In this document: piece by piece, positions 30,598 through 40,620 of the stretch
How the letters are laid out: each line of letters starts with the position of its first letter
Numbering within the stretch: position 1 is the first letter of the stretch
Origin: Myxococcota bacterium
Lineage (GTDB): Bacteria; Myxococcota_A; UBA796; SXON01
Assembly: GCA_040386535.1 (NCBI GenBank)
Contig: JAZKFH010000047.1
Coordinates: 94,984 to 158,983 of the forward strand
Direction of reading: 5' to 3'
DNA: 64,000 nt
Position numbers and translations under genes: made by a program
The notes under the pieces: generated by a model
Databases searched by the model: none
What the model was told of the DNA's origin: nothing
What the model saw: only the letters and a program-made list of their open reading frames with translations

Positions 30598-32739
30598 ATG
30601 CCGTTCCCTGCTCCTCTCTCCCGTTCCCTCCTTCTCTTCCTGTTCGCGCCGTTGTGGCTGCCGGCCTGCGTGGAGACCAACCCGCCGAAGGGGTCGGACA
30701 CGGGCGCGGTCGGCGTGGACACGGACGTCGAGGACACGGACACCGACACCGATATCGGGGAGACCGACACCGATATCGAGGAGACCGACACCGACACCGG
30801 TGACACCACCGACGCCTGCCCGGGCGACCGTGACTGTGACGGGCTCACCGACATCCTCGAGGAGGATTTCGGAACGGATCCGGACGACGCGGACAGTGAC
30901 GCGGACGGGCTGGGCGACTGGGAGGAGGTGCTCATCGGTACCGACCCGAACAACCCGGACACGGATGGCGACGGGATCGAGGACGCCGAAGACGAGGATC
31001 CGGGGGTTTCGGGGTTGGACAGTGATGGGGATGGCCTGCTCGATTCGATCGAGGACACGATCGGCACCAACCCGTACGACGCGGATTCGGATGGCGACGA
31101 GCGGACCGACGCGGACGAGTGGTCGGCCGGCACCGATCCCTTGGATGCCGACACCGACGATGACGGCTTGGCGGACGGGGAGGAGGTGGTCAGTGGCACC
31201 GATCCGCTCAAGGAAGACACGGATGGGGACGGGCTCTCGGATTGGGCGGAGGTCCGTGACCACGGCACGGATCCGCTGCTCGCCGACTCGGACGGCGATG
31301 GGTACGATGATGCCACGGAGCTGGTGTCGGGGTCGGATCCGGTGGATGAGAGCAGTGTGCCGGGGGTTGGGGCGGGGGATGTGGTGAGGTGTGAGGAGGC
31401 GGATCAGACGGAGGGAGATGTAATTTACGAGGGGGCGGTGGCTTCAGGACTTAGCGCTGCCGCCGCCGTCGCGCTCTATACGGATTGGGATGGTGGCCCA
31501 GATGAAGGAACGGAATGCTCCTGCACCGTCACGCTGTTCGACACCAATCCGACAGAAGTGAGGGGCGTCTCCGTCTGGATTCCCACGCGCGTTCACAGTG
31601 GGTCGCTGTGGAGTTCCCTGCCGATTCCCGCCGCGGTCATGCTCGACGTGCCGGACGGATGGACCGAAGACACTACCCTTCATGTCGCGGCGGTCAACGA
31701 ACTGAACGACATCGACGATGACTCGGGGACCGAAGCAGAACATTGGTTCGCGTTTGACGACATCGCCTCGAATGCCGACAACGAGTACTTGCTTGAGGAA
31801 ACGGCGCCCGTCGACGTGTCGGGTACCTACACGATCTGGGTGAGTTTTGCGAATACGAGCCACATGGGCATGGGCATGTGCAGCCGACTCGCAGACTCCA
31901 GTTCACCCGAAAATAGTCTGCACTTTCGCGTCGACACCCCCTCCTCGACCTCGTCCTCCTTCACCCGCCCCCCCAGCGCGCCGCGGCCCGATCCCCATGC
32001 CTGCATCCCCGGCCTCGAGCGCGCCACGACCTTCGCGCTCGCCAATCTGGGTGAAGGCACGCGGCCGCTCATCAAGGGGGGAGCGCCCGGCTTCGTGGGC
32101 TCTCGACTGCGGGAGGTCACCGTCACCTCCTGGAACGGCGCCGACCGCCTGGAGCTACGCCGTCCGACGGGGGTGGTGGCGGTGTTGACGCCCGAGCACC
32201 CCACTGCGCTCGTGGGCCAGCACGACATCCCCTTGGCGCAGGCGAAGTGGAAGAGCGGACGGGCAACCGCGGGCTCGTGGACCGATCCGACGATCCAGGT
32301 GCGCCACATGTGCCCCGCGGGCCCCGGCGCTCTCCTGGCCGGCGACACGACTGCAGTGTCCTGGTCCGCGCTCGACCAGGCGCTCCGGTCCGCGACCGGG
32401 GGCTTTGGATTGGATCTGTGGCGGTCGGGGCTCGCGCAGTCCACCCTGCCCGCATTCCGAGCGTTCGTCGAACACGGGGACGCCACGCTCGGGCGTCCGG
32501 ATCACCTCGTGTTCGAAGCTCCGGGGGGCGGTCGGCTCAATGCGATGCTCCTGTTGGAGGCGTCCCCGGGGCACTGGACGTTCAACTACCGCCGCGCCGG
32601 CACGACGCTCCGTGGCACCCTGGTCCAGTCGGGGAACAACCAGATCCTCAGCTTGAGCCAGGGCGCCATCGTGGTCGGCGGCGTTACGATGAACCTCGCC
32701 GGTACCCAGCTCGTGCTCGTCGGAGGATCCACGCCGTGA
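30598..32739 (+). CDS. Lipoprotein with TSP3-like Ca-binding repeats (D.DGDGL.D..E...GTDP)
   Basis: WLPA-C lipobox; DT-rich linker; ~8 repeats; unique C-terminal domains. Confidence 0.8.
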   Translation: MPFPAPLSRSLLLFLFAPLWLPACVETNPPKGSDTGAVGVDTDVEDTDTDTDIGETDTDIEETDTDTGDTTDACPGDRDCDGLTDILEEDFGTDPDDADSDADGLGDWEEVLIGTDPNNPDTDGDGIEDAEDEDPGVSGLDSDGDGLLDSIEDTIGTNPYDADSDGDERTDADEWSAGTDPLDADTDDDGLADGEEVVSGTDPLKEDTDGDGLSDWAEVRDHGTDPLLADSDGDGYDDATELVSGSDPVDESSVPGVGAGDVVRCEEADQTEGDVIYEGAVASGLSAAAAVALYTDWDGGPDEGTECSCTVTLFDTNPTEVRGVSVWIPTRVHSGSLWSSLPIPAAVMLDVPDGWTEDTTLHVAAVNELNDIDDDSGTEAEHWFAFDDIASNADNEYLLEETAPVDVSGTYTIWVSFANTSHMGMGMCSRLADSSSPENSLHFRVDTPSSTSSSFTRPPSAPRPDPHACIPGLERATTFALANLGEGTRPLIKGGAPGFVGSRLREVTVTSWNGADRLELRRPTGVVAVLTPEHPTALVGQHDIPLAQAKWKSGRATAGSWTDPTIQVRHMCPAGPGALLAGDTTAVSWSALDQALRSATGGFGLDLWRSGLAQSTLPAFRAFVEHGDATLGRPDHLVFEAPGGGRLNAMLLLEASPGHWTFNYRRAGTTLRGTLVQSGNNQILSLSQGAIVVGGVTMNLAGTQLVLVGGSTP

Positions 32740-34958
32740 CCCTACTCGCGTCCCCCTCCACCCTCCGCCGCTACTCGATTGGCGGCGGCCTGGCCGTTCT
32801 GCTCCTCGCGCTCCCGGCCTGCCTCATCGACCGCGACCGATACGAGCAGCGCCGCGCCCAGCTGACGGACGGCGATGGCGATGGCGTCACGGAGGTCGAG
32901 GGAGACTGCGACGACGAGAACCCGCAGGTGTGGACGGGGGCACCGGAGCTGTGCAACGGCTTCGACGACAACTGCGTGGGCGGCATCGACGAGGTGGCGC
33001 TGGGCAACGACGTGTTCTGGGCCGCCGACGCGGACGGCGACGGCTTCGCCAGTGACAGCGCCACCCCCTACGCGGCGTGCGTCTCCCCAGGGGCGGATTG
33101 GGTGTCGGCGGCGGGCGACTGCGACGACGCGGACGCCAACACGTGGCCCGGCGCCCCCGAGGCGTGCGACGGCATCGACAACGATTGTGACGGCGCTGCG
33201 GATGAGGAGCCAACCGTGCTGCCCCCCACGTGGCACCCGGACGAGGACGGCGACGGGTATGGGGGCGCCGCGGGTGGCCGGAGCCAGTGTCTGCCACCGG
33301 GCTCCAGCGGCTGGGCCCAGAACGACGCCGACTGCGACGACGCAGATGGGGCGGTGTACCCCGATGCCCCCGAGCGCTGCAACGGCGCCGACGACGACTG
33401 CGACGGGCAGACCGACGAGGCGCCGATCAGCGATGCGGCGGGCTGGTACCCCGACGAGGACGGCGACGGCTACGGGGACGACGCGGCGGCGACGTGTGTG
33501 GCGGCCGAGGGGTTCGTGGAGGTAGGCGGGGACTGTGATGACACCAACGAGCGGGTGAACCCCGCAGCAGCCGAGCTGTGTAACGACGGGGAGGACAACG
33601 ACTGCGACGGCACTGCTGGCGACTGTGTTTGGGACGACTTGATCGACATGACGGATCAACTCCATATTTCTCCGGCGTATGAGGAAGACGGCTTCGGCTA
33701 CGCGGGCGGAGCCGGAGACCTCGACGGAGACGGCACGAACGAAGTCATCCTGGGCGCAAACACGTCGTACTCTTCAACTGCTGACGCGTCGCTTGGTGCT
33801 GTGCGAGTATTCAAGACCCCGATCACGGCGGACCTGGGTGCCGGCGAGGCCGACTGGACCTTCTGGGGGGAGCATAGCCAGAGTGGCGCAGGCACGAGCC
33901 TCGTGGTGCATGATTTGAATGGCGACGGGTTCGACGACCTCCTGGTGGGGTCGCATAATACCGTCGACGGCTTCGAGTTCGCGGGCACCCTGTACACGAT
34001 GTTCGGTCCGCTGGCCGGTGGCGGTGCGCTCGAGGAAGAGGCGGACTGGAGCCTCGTCGGGGGCGGTCCGGACGAGTTCATTGGGAAGCGCTCATACGCC
34101 TTGGGTGATCTGGACGATGACGGTACTCCTGACTTTGGTACTGGCTATGAGTTCAGTGACTACGGCGGAATCAACCGCAGCGGCGCTGTCTACATCTTCA
34201 CCTCCGTCGGGTCTGGAACCCAAGTGGCCGCCGACGTCGCGACCGCCATCATCTACGGTTCCGACGAAAACGACGAGATCGGTCTCGGCGCCACTGGCCT
34301 GGACCTCGATGGCGACGGGTTCAGCGACCTGGTCGTGGGGGCCCAAGGGTACGACGCGGGGGCGTCCGACGGGGCAGCGCTGGTGTTCATGGGCCCCGTG
34401 ATTGGAAACATCGCCGGCGACGATGCGGACCTCGTCTTCACCGGTGAGTCTTTCGTTTCGTACGCGGGTCGGAAAGTCGACACCGTCGGCGACATCAACG
34501 GTGACGGCCTTGACGACCTGTTGGTGGGTGCGCCGCAGACCAACGACGGCGCTGCCTACTTGATCTGGGGCTCGAGTACGTTGTCGGGCGGGCCGCTCGC
34601 CGACGCAAATGTCAAGTTCCGCGGAGACCGCGCCAACTACTTCCAACTCGGCTACTCGGTGGAGGGGCTGGGTGACCTCAACGAAGACGGATGGCCGGAT
34701 TTGTTCCTCAGCGAGAACTACTATCCAGGCGGCCAGGGCTACGTCTTCTTCGGCCCGCTCGCCACTCCAGCGACCTATCAGGCCTCCACCGCAGACGTCA
34801 CGCTCACGGGCGACGGCCGCACCGACGCCGTATACGAAACCGCCTTCACCCCCGGCGACGCCACCGGCGACGGCGTCCCCGACCTCGTCGTCGGCTCCTA
34901 CAAGTATGGAGAGTTCTGGGACGGCATCGCCTACCTCATCCCCGGCACCGGCTACTGA
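32736..34958 (+). CDS. Lipoprotein with Cys/Asp-rich repeats and FG-GAP (integrin-alpha-like) beta-propeller
   Basis: GTGA overlap; LPA-C lipobox; DCDD..E.CNG.DD.CDG repeats; [15 protein letters not shown] repeats. Confidence 0.85.
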   Translation: MTLLASPSTLRRYSIGGGLAVLLLALPACLIDRDRYEQRRAQLTDGDGDGVTEVEGDCDDENPQVWTGAPELCNGFDDNCVGGIDEVALGNDVFWAADADGDGFASDSATPYAACVSPGADWVSAAGDCDDADANTWPGAPEACDGIDNDCDGAADEEPTVLPPTWHPDEDGDGYGGAAGGRSQCLPPGSSGWAQNDADCDDADGAVYPDAPERCNGADDDCDGQTDEAPISDAAGWYPDEDGDGYGDDAAATCVAAEGFVEVGGDCDDTNERVNPAAAELCNDGEDNDCDGTAGDCVWDDLIDMTDQLHISPAYEEDGFGYAGGAGDLDGDGTNEVILGANTSYSSTADASLGAVRVFKTPITADLGAGEADWTFWGEHSQSGAGTSLVVHDLNGDGFDDLLVGSHNTVDGFEFAGTLYTMFGPLAGGGALEEEADWSLVGGGPDEFIGKRSYALGDLDDDGTPDFGTGYEFSDYGGINRSGAVYIFTSVGSGTQVAADVATAIIYGSDENDEIGLGATGLDLDGDGFSDLVVGAQGYDAGASDGAALVFMGPVIGNIAGDDADLVFTGESFVSYAGRKVDTVGDINGDGLDDLLVGAPQTNDGAAYLIWGSSTLSGGPLADANVKFRGDRANYFQLGYSVEGLGDLNEDGWPDLFLSENYYPGGQGYVFFGPLATPATYQASTADVTLTGDGRTDAVYETAFTPGDATGDGVPDLVVGSYKYGEFWDGIAYLIPGTGY

Positions 34959-34990
34959 CGCCCCACCATCCCCCGTAGTACCCTCCCCAA

Positions 34991-35389
34991 ATGCCCCCAC
35001 CCGAACCCCCAGCACCCACGCGCGTCCTCCTCGTGGACGATGACGAGTGGGTGGGCTTCAGCACCCAACCGCTGTTGGAGGAGCTCGGGTACGAGGTGGA
35101 CTGGGTCCTCGGGGGGCGGCAGGCGCTCGAGCGTTTTGCGCCGGGGCGGTATGCGTTCGTGCTCGTCGACTATCGGTTGAACGGGATGAACGGCGTGGAG
35201 CTCCTGCGGCACCTGCTGGGGCGCGACGCGGAGGTCAAAGCGATCCTGTGCACGGGCATGCCCCGCACGTTCGTCGACGAGACCGTCTTCAATGAAGGCG
35301 CCGTGGGTTTTCTCGACAAGCCGTGGCCGCTGGAGGACCTGCTGCGCCAGGTCGCCTTTATCGGCGCCGAGCCGCCCCCGCGGGGGTGA
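34991..35389 (+). CDS. Single-domain response regulator (CheY-like)
   Basis: VLLVDDD, VLVDYRLNGMNG, LCTG, FLDKPW. Confidence 0.92.
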   Translation: MPPPEPPAPTRVLLVDDDEWVGFSTQPLLEELGYEVDWVLGGRQALERFAPGRYAFVLVDYRLNGMNGVELLRHLLGRDAEVKAILCTGMPRTFVDETVFNEGAVGFLDKPWPLEDLLRQVAFIGAEPPPRG

Positions 35390-35552
35390 GAGCCTGACCG
35401 TAACTCCCTCCCATCGCCCGCTGGACGCCCCCGGCGCCGGCCGCGCCCCGGCCTCGGTTACAGGCCTCGGGCCTGCGCCCTCGGCCGCAACGCAGCCGCC
35501 CGTGGACGTGGCGGGCGGGTGCGCCTCAGCGGGCTCGGTCCGGGGTTTAAGG

Positions 35553-36491
35553 TCAGACTCTGAACCCCGCCCCCCGCCCCGCCACGAACTGCCCGAGCAG
35601 CTCCCCGAGGGCGCCGGGGCCGTCGGGGCCGAGCACGCCAGGGAGTGCCGTGAGCAGGCTGCGCACATCAGGGACCGCCGGCGGCTCGCCCGCGTCGATG
35701 CGGACGGCGTGGATGGCGCGGGTGCGGGTGTACAGCTCGCGGAAACGCCGGGGATGCGCGTGGACGACGACCGCCGCGGGCACGTAGCCGATGTCGTGCC
35801 GCCGCCCCCAGCGCCAGTCCTCCGCGATGTCGACGAGATCGAACGGATCGGCGAGCAGGGCGCTCCGGCGGTACAACGCGGCGACGTTGTCGAGGGTGGC
35901 GGCCGGCGCGGTGGAGGCGTCGGGCGGGGTCCAGGCGCGGAGGCGGGCGCGGGTGACGGGGTCGGAGGTGGGCCAGGGCACCTGCCGCGCGTAGACGGCG
36001 TCGTGGCCGCCGGCCTCGAGCGCTTCGACGAGCGTGCGGACGAAGGCGGCGCCGAGCGGGAGGGCGTCGTCGACGGTGAAGAGCACGTAGGGGTGGCGCG
36101 CGAGCTGGGCGCCGACGTTGCGGGTGGCGCCGTGGCCGGCCCAGGGCACGCGCACCCCCTCCGCGTAGGCGCCGTTCGCGAGCACGAGCAGCTCGGTCTC
36201 GACATCCTGGGCGTCGAGCGCCGCCAGCCCGATGGGGCGCTGCCGGTGCGTGGGGATCACCACCGACACGGCGAGGGCGCCCCCAGGGCGCGAGGGCGCG
36301 GGGCGGGCAGGGGCGGGGAGCCACCGGGCGAGGCGCGGGTCGTCGACGGCGTGACAGAGCGGGACGAGCTCGTCGAGCGCGGGGCCGCCGGGGCCCGGCA
36401 CGGCGCCGAGGCCGAGGTGCACGGGCTCCCCAGCGCGCACGGCGGCTTCCAGTGCGGCGAGGCCGCGGCGATCCAGTCGGTCGATGCGCAT
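35553..36491 (-). CDS. Glycosyltransferase family 2 (rhamnosyltransferase-like)
   Basis: SVVIPTH, GHGATRN, FTVDDALP, YARQVP, AED, VHAH. Confidence 0.82.
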   Translation of the reverse strand: MRIDRLDRRGLAALEAAVRAGEPVHLGLGAVPGPGGPALDELVPLCHAVDDPRLARWLPAPARPAPSRPGGALAVSVVIPTHRQRPIGLAALDAQDVETELLVLANGAYAEGVRVPWAGHGATRNVGAQLARHPYVLFTVDDALPLGAAFVRTLVEALEAGGHDAVYARQVPWPTSDPVTRARLRAWTPPDASTAPAATLDNVAALYRRSALLADPFDLVDIAEDWRWGRRHDIGYVPAAVVVHAHPRRFRELYTRTRAIHAVRIDAGEPPAVPDVRSLLTALPGVLGPDGPGALGELLGQFVAGRGAGFRV

Positions 36492-36591
36492 TGGCGCGCA
36501 GCGTAGCCCGCGCCGGTCGGGCGCCCGCGCCCCCGGACGGTGGCCGAAGCGCGGGCGGTGTCCACCTTCGGCAGGGACAACGGGGGAAAGC

Positions 36592-37071
36592 ATGGCGAAG
36601 GACACGAAGGGCTCGGACACCAAGGGGGCCAAGGGCTCCGACACGAAGCACGCGGACACGAAGGGGACCGAGACCAAGGGTGCCCAGTTCGGCGAGAAGG
36701 GCACGATGAGCGTGCGCGACGCCGGGCGGAAGGGGGGCGAGGAGGTGCAGCGCCAGCGCGATCTGCGGGACCGCAAGGAGATCCGCGGGCAGGCCTACGA
36801 CAAGCCCGGGCCGCCCAAGGGCACCGCGTTCGGCATCGCGGCCGTGACTCAGGCGCTCAAGGGGCTCGACTTCCCGGTCACGAAGAACGAGCTCCTGGCG
36901 CACGTGAAGAACAACACCATCGAGTACCGCAAGGGCCAGCCGGTCAACCTGCGCGAGATCATCCAGGACACCGACGTGGACGACTTCCCCTCGATGGCGA
37001 ACGTCGTCGAGGCGGTCAGCGACGCGATGGAGAAGGAAGGCCTCACCACGCGGGAGAAGGAGAAGGTGTAG
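36592..37071 (+). CDS. DUF2795-domain protein with stress-induced KGG motif
   Basis: DTKG repeats; MSVRDAGRKGGE; LKGLDFPVTKNELL. Confidence 0.75.
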   Translation: MAKDTKGSDTKGAKGSDTKHADTKGTETKGAQFGEKGTMSVRDAGRKGGEEVQRQRDLRDRKEIRGQAYDKPGPPKGTAFGIAAVTQALKGLDFPVTKNELLAHVKNNTIEYRKGQPVNLREIIQDTDVDDFPSMANVVEAVSDAMEKEGLTTREKEKV

Positions 37072-37091
37072 CCCGCCTGGGCGGCGCGGCC

Positions 37092-37132
37092 GCGGCTCTA
37101 CCAGCGGCTCTACCAGCGGCTCTACCAGCGGC
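37092..37132. repeat. 12-bp tandem repeat (GCGGCTCTACCA) x3.4 between convergent genes
   Basis: Exact copies read directly from the sequence. Confidence 0.9.
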
Positions 37133-37133
37133 C

Positions 37134-38354
37134 CTAAGACGCCGCACGCCGGGGCCGCGCCACCGCGCCCATGCGGATGGCGTCGTAGCCGAAGCGGTCG
37201 CGCACCGCGTCGATCGCGGCGCCCATGCGGGGCCGCGGCGGCGCGAAGAGGGCCACCTGCGGGTCGGGCGCGACGAGGTTGGAGAGCTGCACGCCGAGCA
37301 GCCGGATGCGCGCCTTCTTCGACCACGCCCCGCGCAACAGCTCGGTGGCGACGGCCCACACGTCGCTCTCGGCGTGGGTGGGGGCTACCGAGCGGCCGCG
37401 GGTGATCGTGGTGAAGTCCGCGTAGCGGAGCTTGAGCGTGATGGTGTGGGCCCGCGCGCCGCGCTGCCGGAGCCGCCACGTGACGCGCTCGACCAGGGCG
37501 CGCAGCGCGTCCTCCGCTACCTGCACGTCCCCCACGTCGGCAAAGAAGGTGCGCTCGTTCGAGAGGCTGCCCTCGGCGGACTCGTCGTGCTCCTGGAACG
37601 CGGGCCGGTCGCGGTCGGGGAGGCGGGTGGCACCTGGGGCGACCTCTCCCAGGCCCAACCCCGCGCGGAGCGACGCGGCGAGGCCGCCCACCCGCGCGTG
37701 CTCGTCGGGCACCTCGAGCAGCTGCCCGAGCGTGGTGATGCCCATCCCCGCCAGCCGCTCCTCCGCGACGGGCCCGATCCCCGGGTAGCGCCGCACCGGC
37801 AGCGGCGACGCAAACGCGCGCTCCTCCCCCCCGCGGATCATCAGCACCCCGGCCGGCTTGGCCCTCCCGCTCGCCATCTTCGCGACCGGACGCGTGGTGC
37901 CGATCCCGACGCTCGCCGGCAGGAGCACCTCCCGCTGGATGGCCTCCCGCAGCTCGCGCACGACGCGCAGAATCGTCGCGTCCGCGTCGGCGTCCCCCGG
38001 GCGGGCGTAGAGCCGCTCGCAGCCGTGGAAGTCGAGGAAGAACTCGTCGATGCTCGCCGTCCGCACCACGGGGCAGTACCGCTCCAGCACGGTGCGCACC
38101 CGGGCCGTGTAGGGGCTGTAGGCGTCGTGCCGGGTTGGGACGAAGATCGCGTCGGGCGCGCGCCGCACCGCCTCGGCCATCGGCATGCCCGAGCGCACGC
38201 CGAGGGTGCGCACCTCGTAGCTCGCGGAGGTGACCACGCCGCGATCGCCCTTTCGGCCGCCGACGACCACGGGCTTGCCCACGAGCGATGGGTCGAGGAG
38301 GCGCTCGACCGAGACGAAGAACGTGTCGAGGTCGAGGCAAGCGATGCGGGCCAT
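37134..38354 (-). CDS. dinB: DNA polymerase IV
   Basis: LDLDTFFVSVE, SASYEVR..GVRSGMP, SIDEF, AKMAS...KPAG, PGIGP, LKLRY.DF.T.TR. Confidence 0.95.
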   Translation of the reverse strand: MARIACLDLDTFFVSVERLLDPSLVGKPVVVGGRKGDRGVVTSASYEVRTLGVRSGMPMAEAVRRAPDAIFVPTRHDAYSPYTARVRTVLERYCPVVRTASIDEFFLDFHGCERLYARPGDADADATILRVVRELREAIQREVLLPASVGIGTTRPVAKMASGRAKPAGVLMIRGGEERAFASPLPVRRYPGIGPVAEERLAGMGITTLGQLLEVPDEHARVGGLAASLRAGLGLGEVAPGATRLPDRDRPAFQEHDESAEGSLSNERTFFADVGDVQVAEDALRALVERVTWRLRQRGARAHTITLKLRYADFTTITRGRSVAPTHAESDVWAVATELLRGAWSKKARIRLLGVQLSNLVAPDPQVALFAPPRPRMGAAIDAVRDRFGYDAIRMGAVARPRRAAS

Positions 38355-38361
38355 CCGTTCA

Positions 38362-38378
38362 CCTGAACGCGTGTACCG
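38362..38378 (-). promoter_or_regulatory. Putative LexA (SOS) box upstream of dinB
   Basis: CGGTACACGCGTTCAGG, one mismatch to the Myxococcus consensus CTRHAMRYBYGTTCAGS (consensus recalled from memory). Confidence 0.5.
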
Positions 38379-38398
38379 TATCCCGCGCCGCGCCGCGC

Positions 38399-38722
38399 CT
38401 ATGTCGACGGCGATGTGACCTTCAGCCCCGCGATCGCCACCGCGAGCAGCACCAGGAAGAACAGCCGCGCGGGGGTGGCGGGCTCGCCGAACAGGAGGAT
38501 GCCGAGCACCGCGGTGCCGAACGCGCCGATGCCGACCCACACGGCGTAGGCGGTGCCGACCGGCAGGTCGCGCAGGGCGAGGCCGAGCAGCCCCATGCTC
38601 GCGACCATTGCGACGACGGTCAGCACGGTGGGAACTGGCTTCGAGAAGCCCTCGGTGTACTTGAGGCCGATGGCCCAGCCGGTCTCGAGGAGGCCGGCGA
38701 GGACGAGCAGGATCCAGGACAT
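38399..38722 (-). CDS. sugE: SMR-family exporter SugE/Gdx
   Basis: MSWILLVLAGLLETGWAIGLKYTEGF, LPVGTAYAVWVGIG; 107 aa, 4 TM. Confidence 0.92.
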   Translation of the reverse strand: MSWILLVLAGLLETGWAIGLKYTEGFSKPVPTVLTVVAMVASMGLLGLALRDLPVGTAYAVWVGIGAFGTAVLGILLFGEPATPARLFFLVLLAVAIAGLKVTSPST

Positions 38723-38777
38723 GTGCGCTCCGTGCGTCGCAGGTTGACCGCCGCCGATACCGGGTCTACCGTGCGAC

Positions 38778-39506
38778 ATGCTACTTTTTCTGTTCGCGTG
38801 TGACCTCGGCCCCGACGACGCTGTCACCCTCACCGGCGTCGACGACGCGTCCGTCCTCGCCGACGGCTGGTGGGTGCGGATCAGCCACGTTCGCGACGGG
38901 GCTGTCCACGCGGTCTCCAATAGCCTGCTGCTGTCCGCAACCCCCGACTACTGCGCGCTCGCCACCGAGTGGACCGTCGACGACCCGTACGGCTACCTGC
39001 TCGAGCAGGCCGCCGCCGAGACCACCGAGGCGGATCCTGACGGCGGCTGCGAGTCCGAGCGCGCGTGGTACGCCGGAATGGGCAGCCACTTCGACGCGAT
39101 CGTGGGCGCCGGCACGATCGAGGTGTCGTTCCTGACACCCGACGAGGACGGCGTCAGCGGGGCGCCCGGGCCGGGGGAGTGGACGCCGCCCGGGGACGAC
39201 GGGTGTGGGGACACGCAGTGTGTGCTCGGCGGGGTCCGTCTCTCGCACACGAACTGGTACACCGAGGTCGCGGAGGCGATGACGTGCCCACCCGCCGAAG
39301 GGCGCTTCCCGGAGCCGGACGTCACGGAATTCGATTACGGCACGGGCGCCCTCTCCCTGACGGAGGACGGCGAGGGCTGGCGGTATGCCGTCGATCTCTC
39401 GCTGGAGGAGCGCGACTCCAGCGCGACCGGCGCGATCGCGGGCACCGGCACGTTCACGCCGTGCGATCTGACGGTGGTGCAGACGGAGACGATCATCGAC
39501 GAGTGA
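38778..39506 (+). CDS. Hypothetical acidic lipoprotein
   Basis: MLLFLFA-C lipobox; coding-like codon bias. Confidence 0.7.
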   Translation: MLLFLFACDLGPDDAVTLTGVDDASVLADGWWVRISHVRDGAVHAVSNSLLLSATPDYCALATEWTVDDPYGYLLEQAAAETTEADPDGGCESERAWYAGMGSHFDAIVGAGTIEVSFLTPDEDGVSGAPGPGEWTPPGDDGCGDTQCVLGGVRLSHTNWYTEVAEAMTCPPAEGRFPEPDVTEFDYGTGALSLTEDGEGWRYAVDLSLEERDSSATGAIAGTGTFTPCDLTVVQTETIIDE

Positions 39507-39580
39507 GCCGGCGGGCGGAGCGCGTCCGGAGCACACGGCCCCTCGCGCCGTGCTACCCCGGCCCTTTCCCGGACCGCCCG

Positions 39581-40594
39581 ATGCGCCTCACCCTGCTCCT
39601 CCTCCTCTCCGCGTGCATCCCCGAGAAGGACATCGTGCTCGACACCGGCGGCGAGACCGACGCCGACACCGACGCGGACACCGACGCCGACACCGACACC
39701 GACGCCGACACCGACGCGGACACCGACGCCGACACCGACGTGGAGCCGCAGGTGGTCGGCGTCGCGCTCGACCTCGACGGCATCTGGCTCACGACGCGGG
39801 ACACCCTCGATCTGTACGTCCGCGCGGTCTACGACGACGGCACCGAGGCCGACGTCACCGCCGACGCCACGTTCACCTCCACCGACCCCGACGTCCTCCG
39901 CTTCTACCGCCCCGGCCTCGGCCAGCCGCTCGACGCCGGCACCGCCGAGATCTCCGTCCACAGCGATCTGCTCGGCGGCACCGACTTCCCGCCGTTCGAG
40001 GTGACCGTCTCCGTGGCGGCCGCGGCTCCCGGCGACCTCGTGATCAACGAGCTCCTGGCCGATCCCGCCGTCACCGCCGACCCCAACGGCGACGGCGTGA
40101 TGGACCCCGTCGACGACGAGTTCGTGGAGCTCGCCAACCACGCCGACGTGACCGTGTCCCTCGCCGGTGTCTCCCTCTTCGACGAGACCAACCTCGCCGC
40201 ACGTCACACCTTCGCCGACGACGTGGTGCTGCGCGCGGGCGAGGCCATCGTGGTGTTCGGCGGCGGCGACGTGACCGGGCTCTCCGCTGCCAACGTCCGG
40301 TTCGCGGTCGCCACCAACGTCGACGTCGGGCTCCGCTACGGCCTCGCGCTCAACAACGAGGGAGACACCTGCTCCGTGCGCGCGGCCGACGGCACCGAGC
40401 TCGCCGCCCTCTCCTACGGCACCTCCGGCGGCAACGACGCCCTCGACGACGCCTCGCTCGTGCTCGTCCCCGACGTGTGGGGCGAGTCCTACAGCCACCA
40501 CCGCTACGTGGCCGGCGCGGTCGGCGATCAGAGCCCGGGCACCTTCTCCGACGGCACGGCGTTCCCCGGGCCCGACGGGCGTTACGCGCCGTAG
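39581..40594 (+). CDS. Lamin-tail-domain lipoprotein with (DADT)n linker and Ig-like domain
   Basis: LLSA-C; DTDADTDA repeat; LVINELLADP..DEFVELAN, LNNEGD, SPG. Confidence 0.85.
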   Translation: MRLTLLLLLSACIPEKDIVLDTGGETDADTDADTDADTDTDADTDADTDADTDVEPQVVGVALDLDGIWLTTRDTLDLYVRAVYDDGTEADVTADATFTSTDPDVLRFYRPGLGQPLDAGTAEISVHSDLLGGTDFPPFEVTVSVAAAAPGDLVINELLADPAVTADPNGDGVMDPVDDEFVELANHADVTVSLAGVSLFDETNLAARHTFADDVVLRAGEAIVVFGGGDVTGLSAANVRFAVATNVDVGLRYGLALNNEGDTCSVRAADGTELAALSYGTSGGNDALDDASLVLVPDVWGESYSHHRYVAGAVGDQSPGTFSDGTAFPGPDGRYAP

Positions 40595-40620
40595 TCCCGC
40601 CCAGGGATTAGGTGGCCGGT

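Noticed and set aside
39655..39740. GACACCGACGCC repeat as a phase-variation tract
   Set aside because: In-frame Asp/Thr/Ala linker, also seen in other genes here; unit changes would not shift frame
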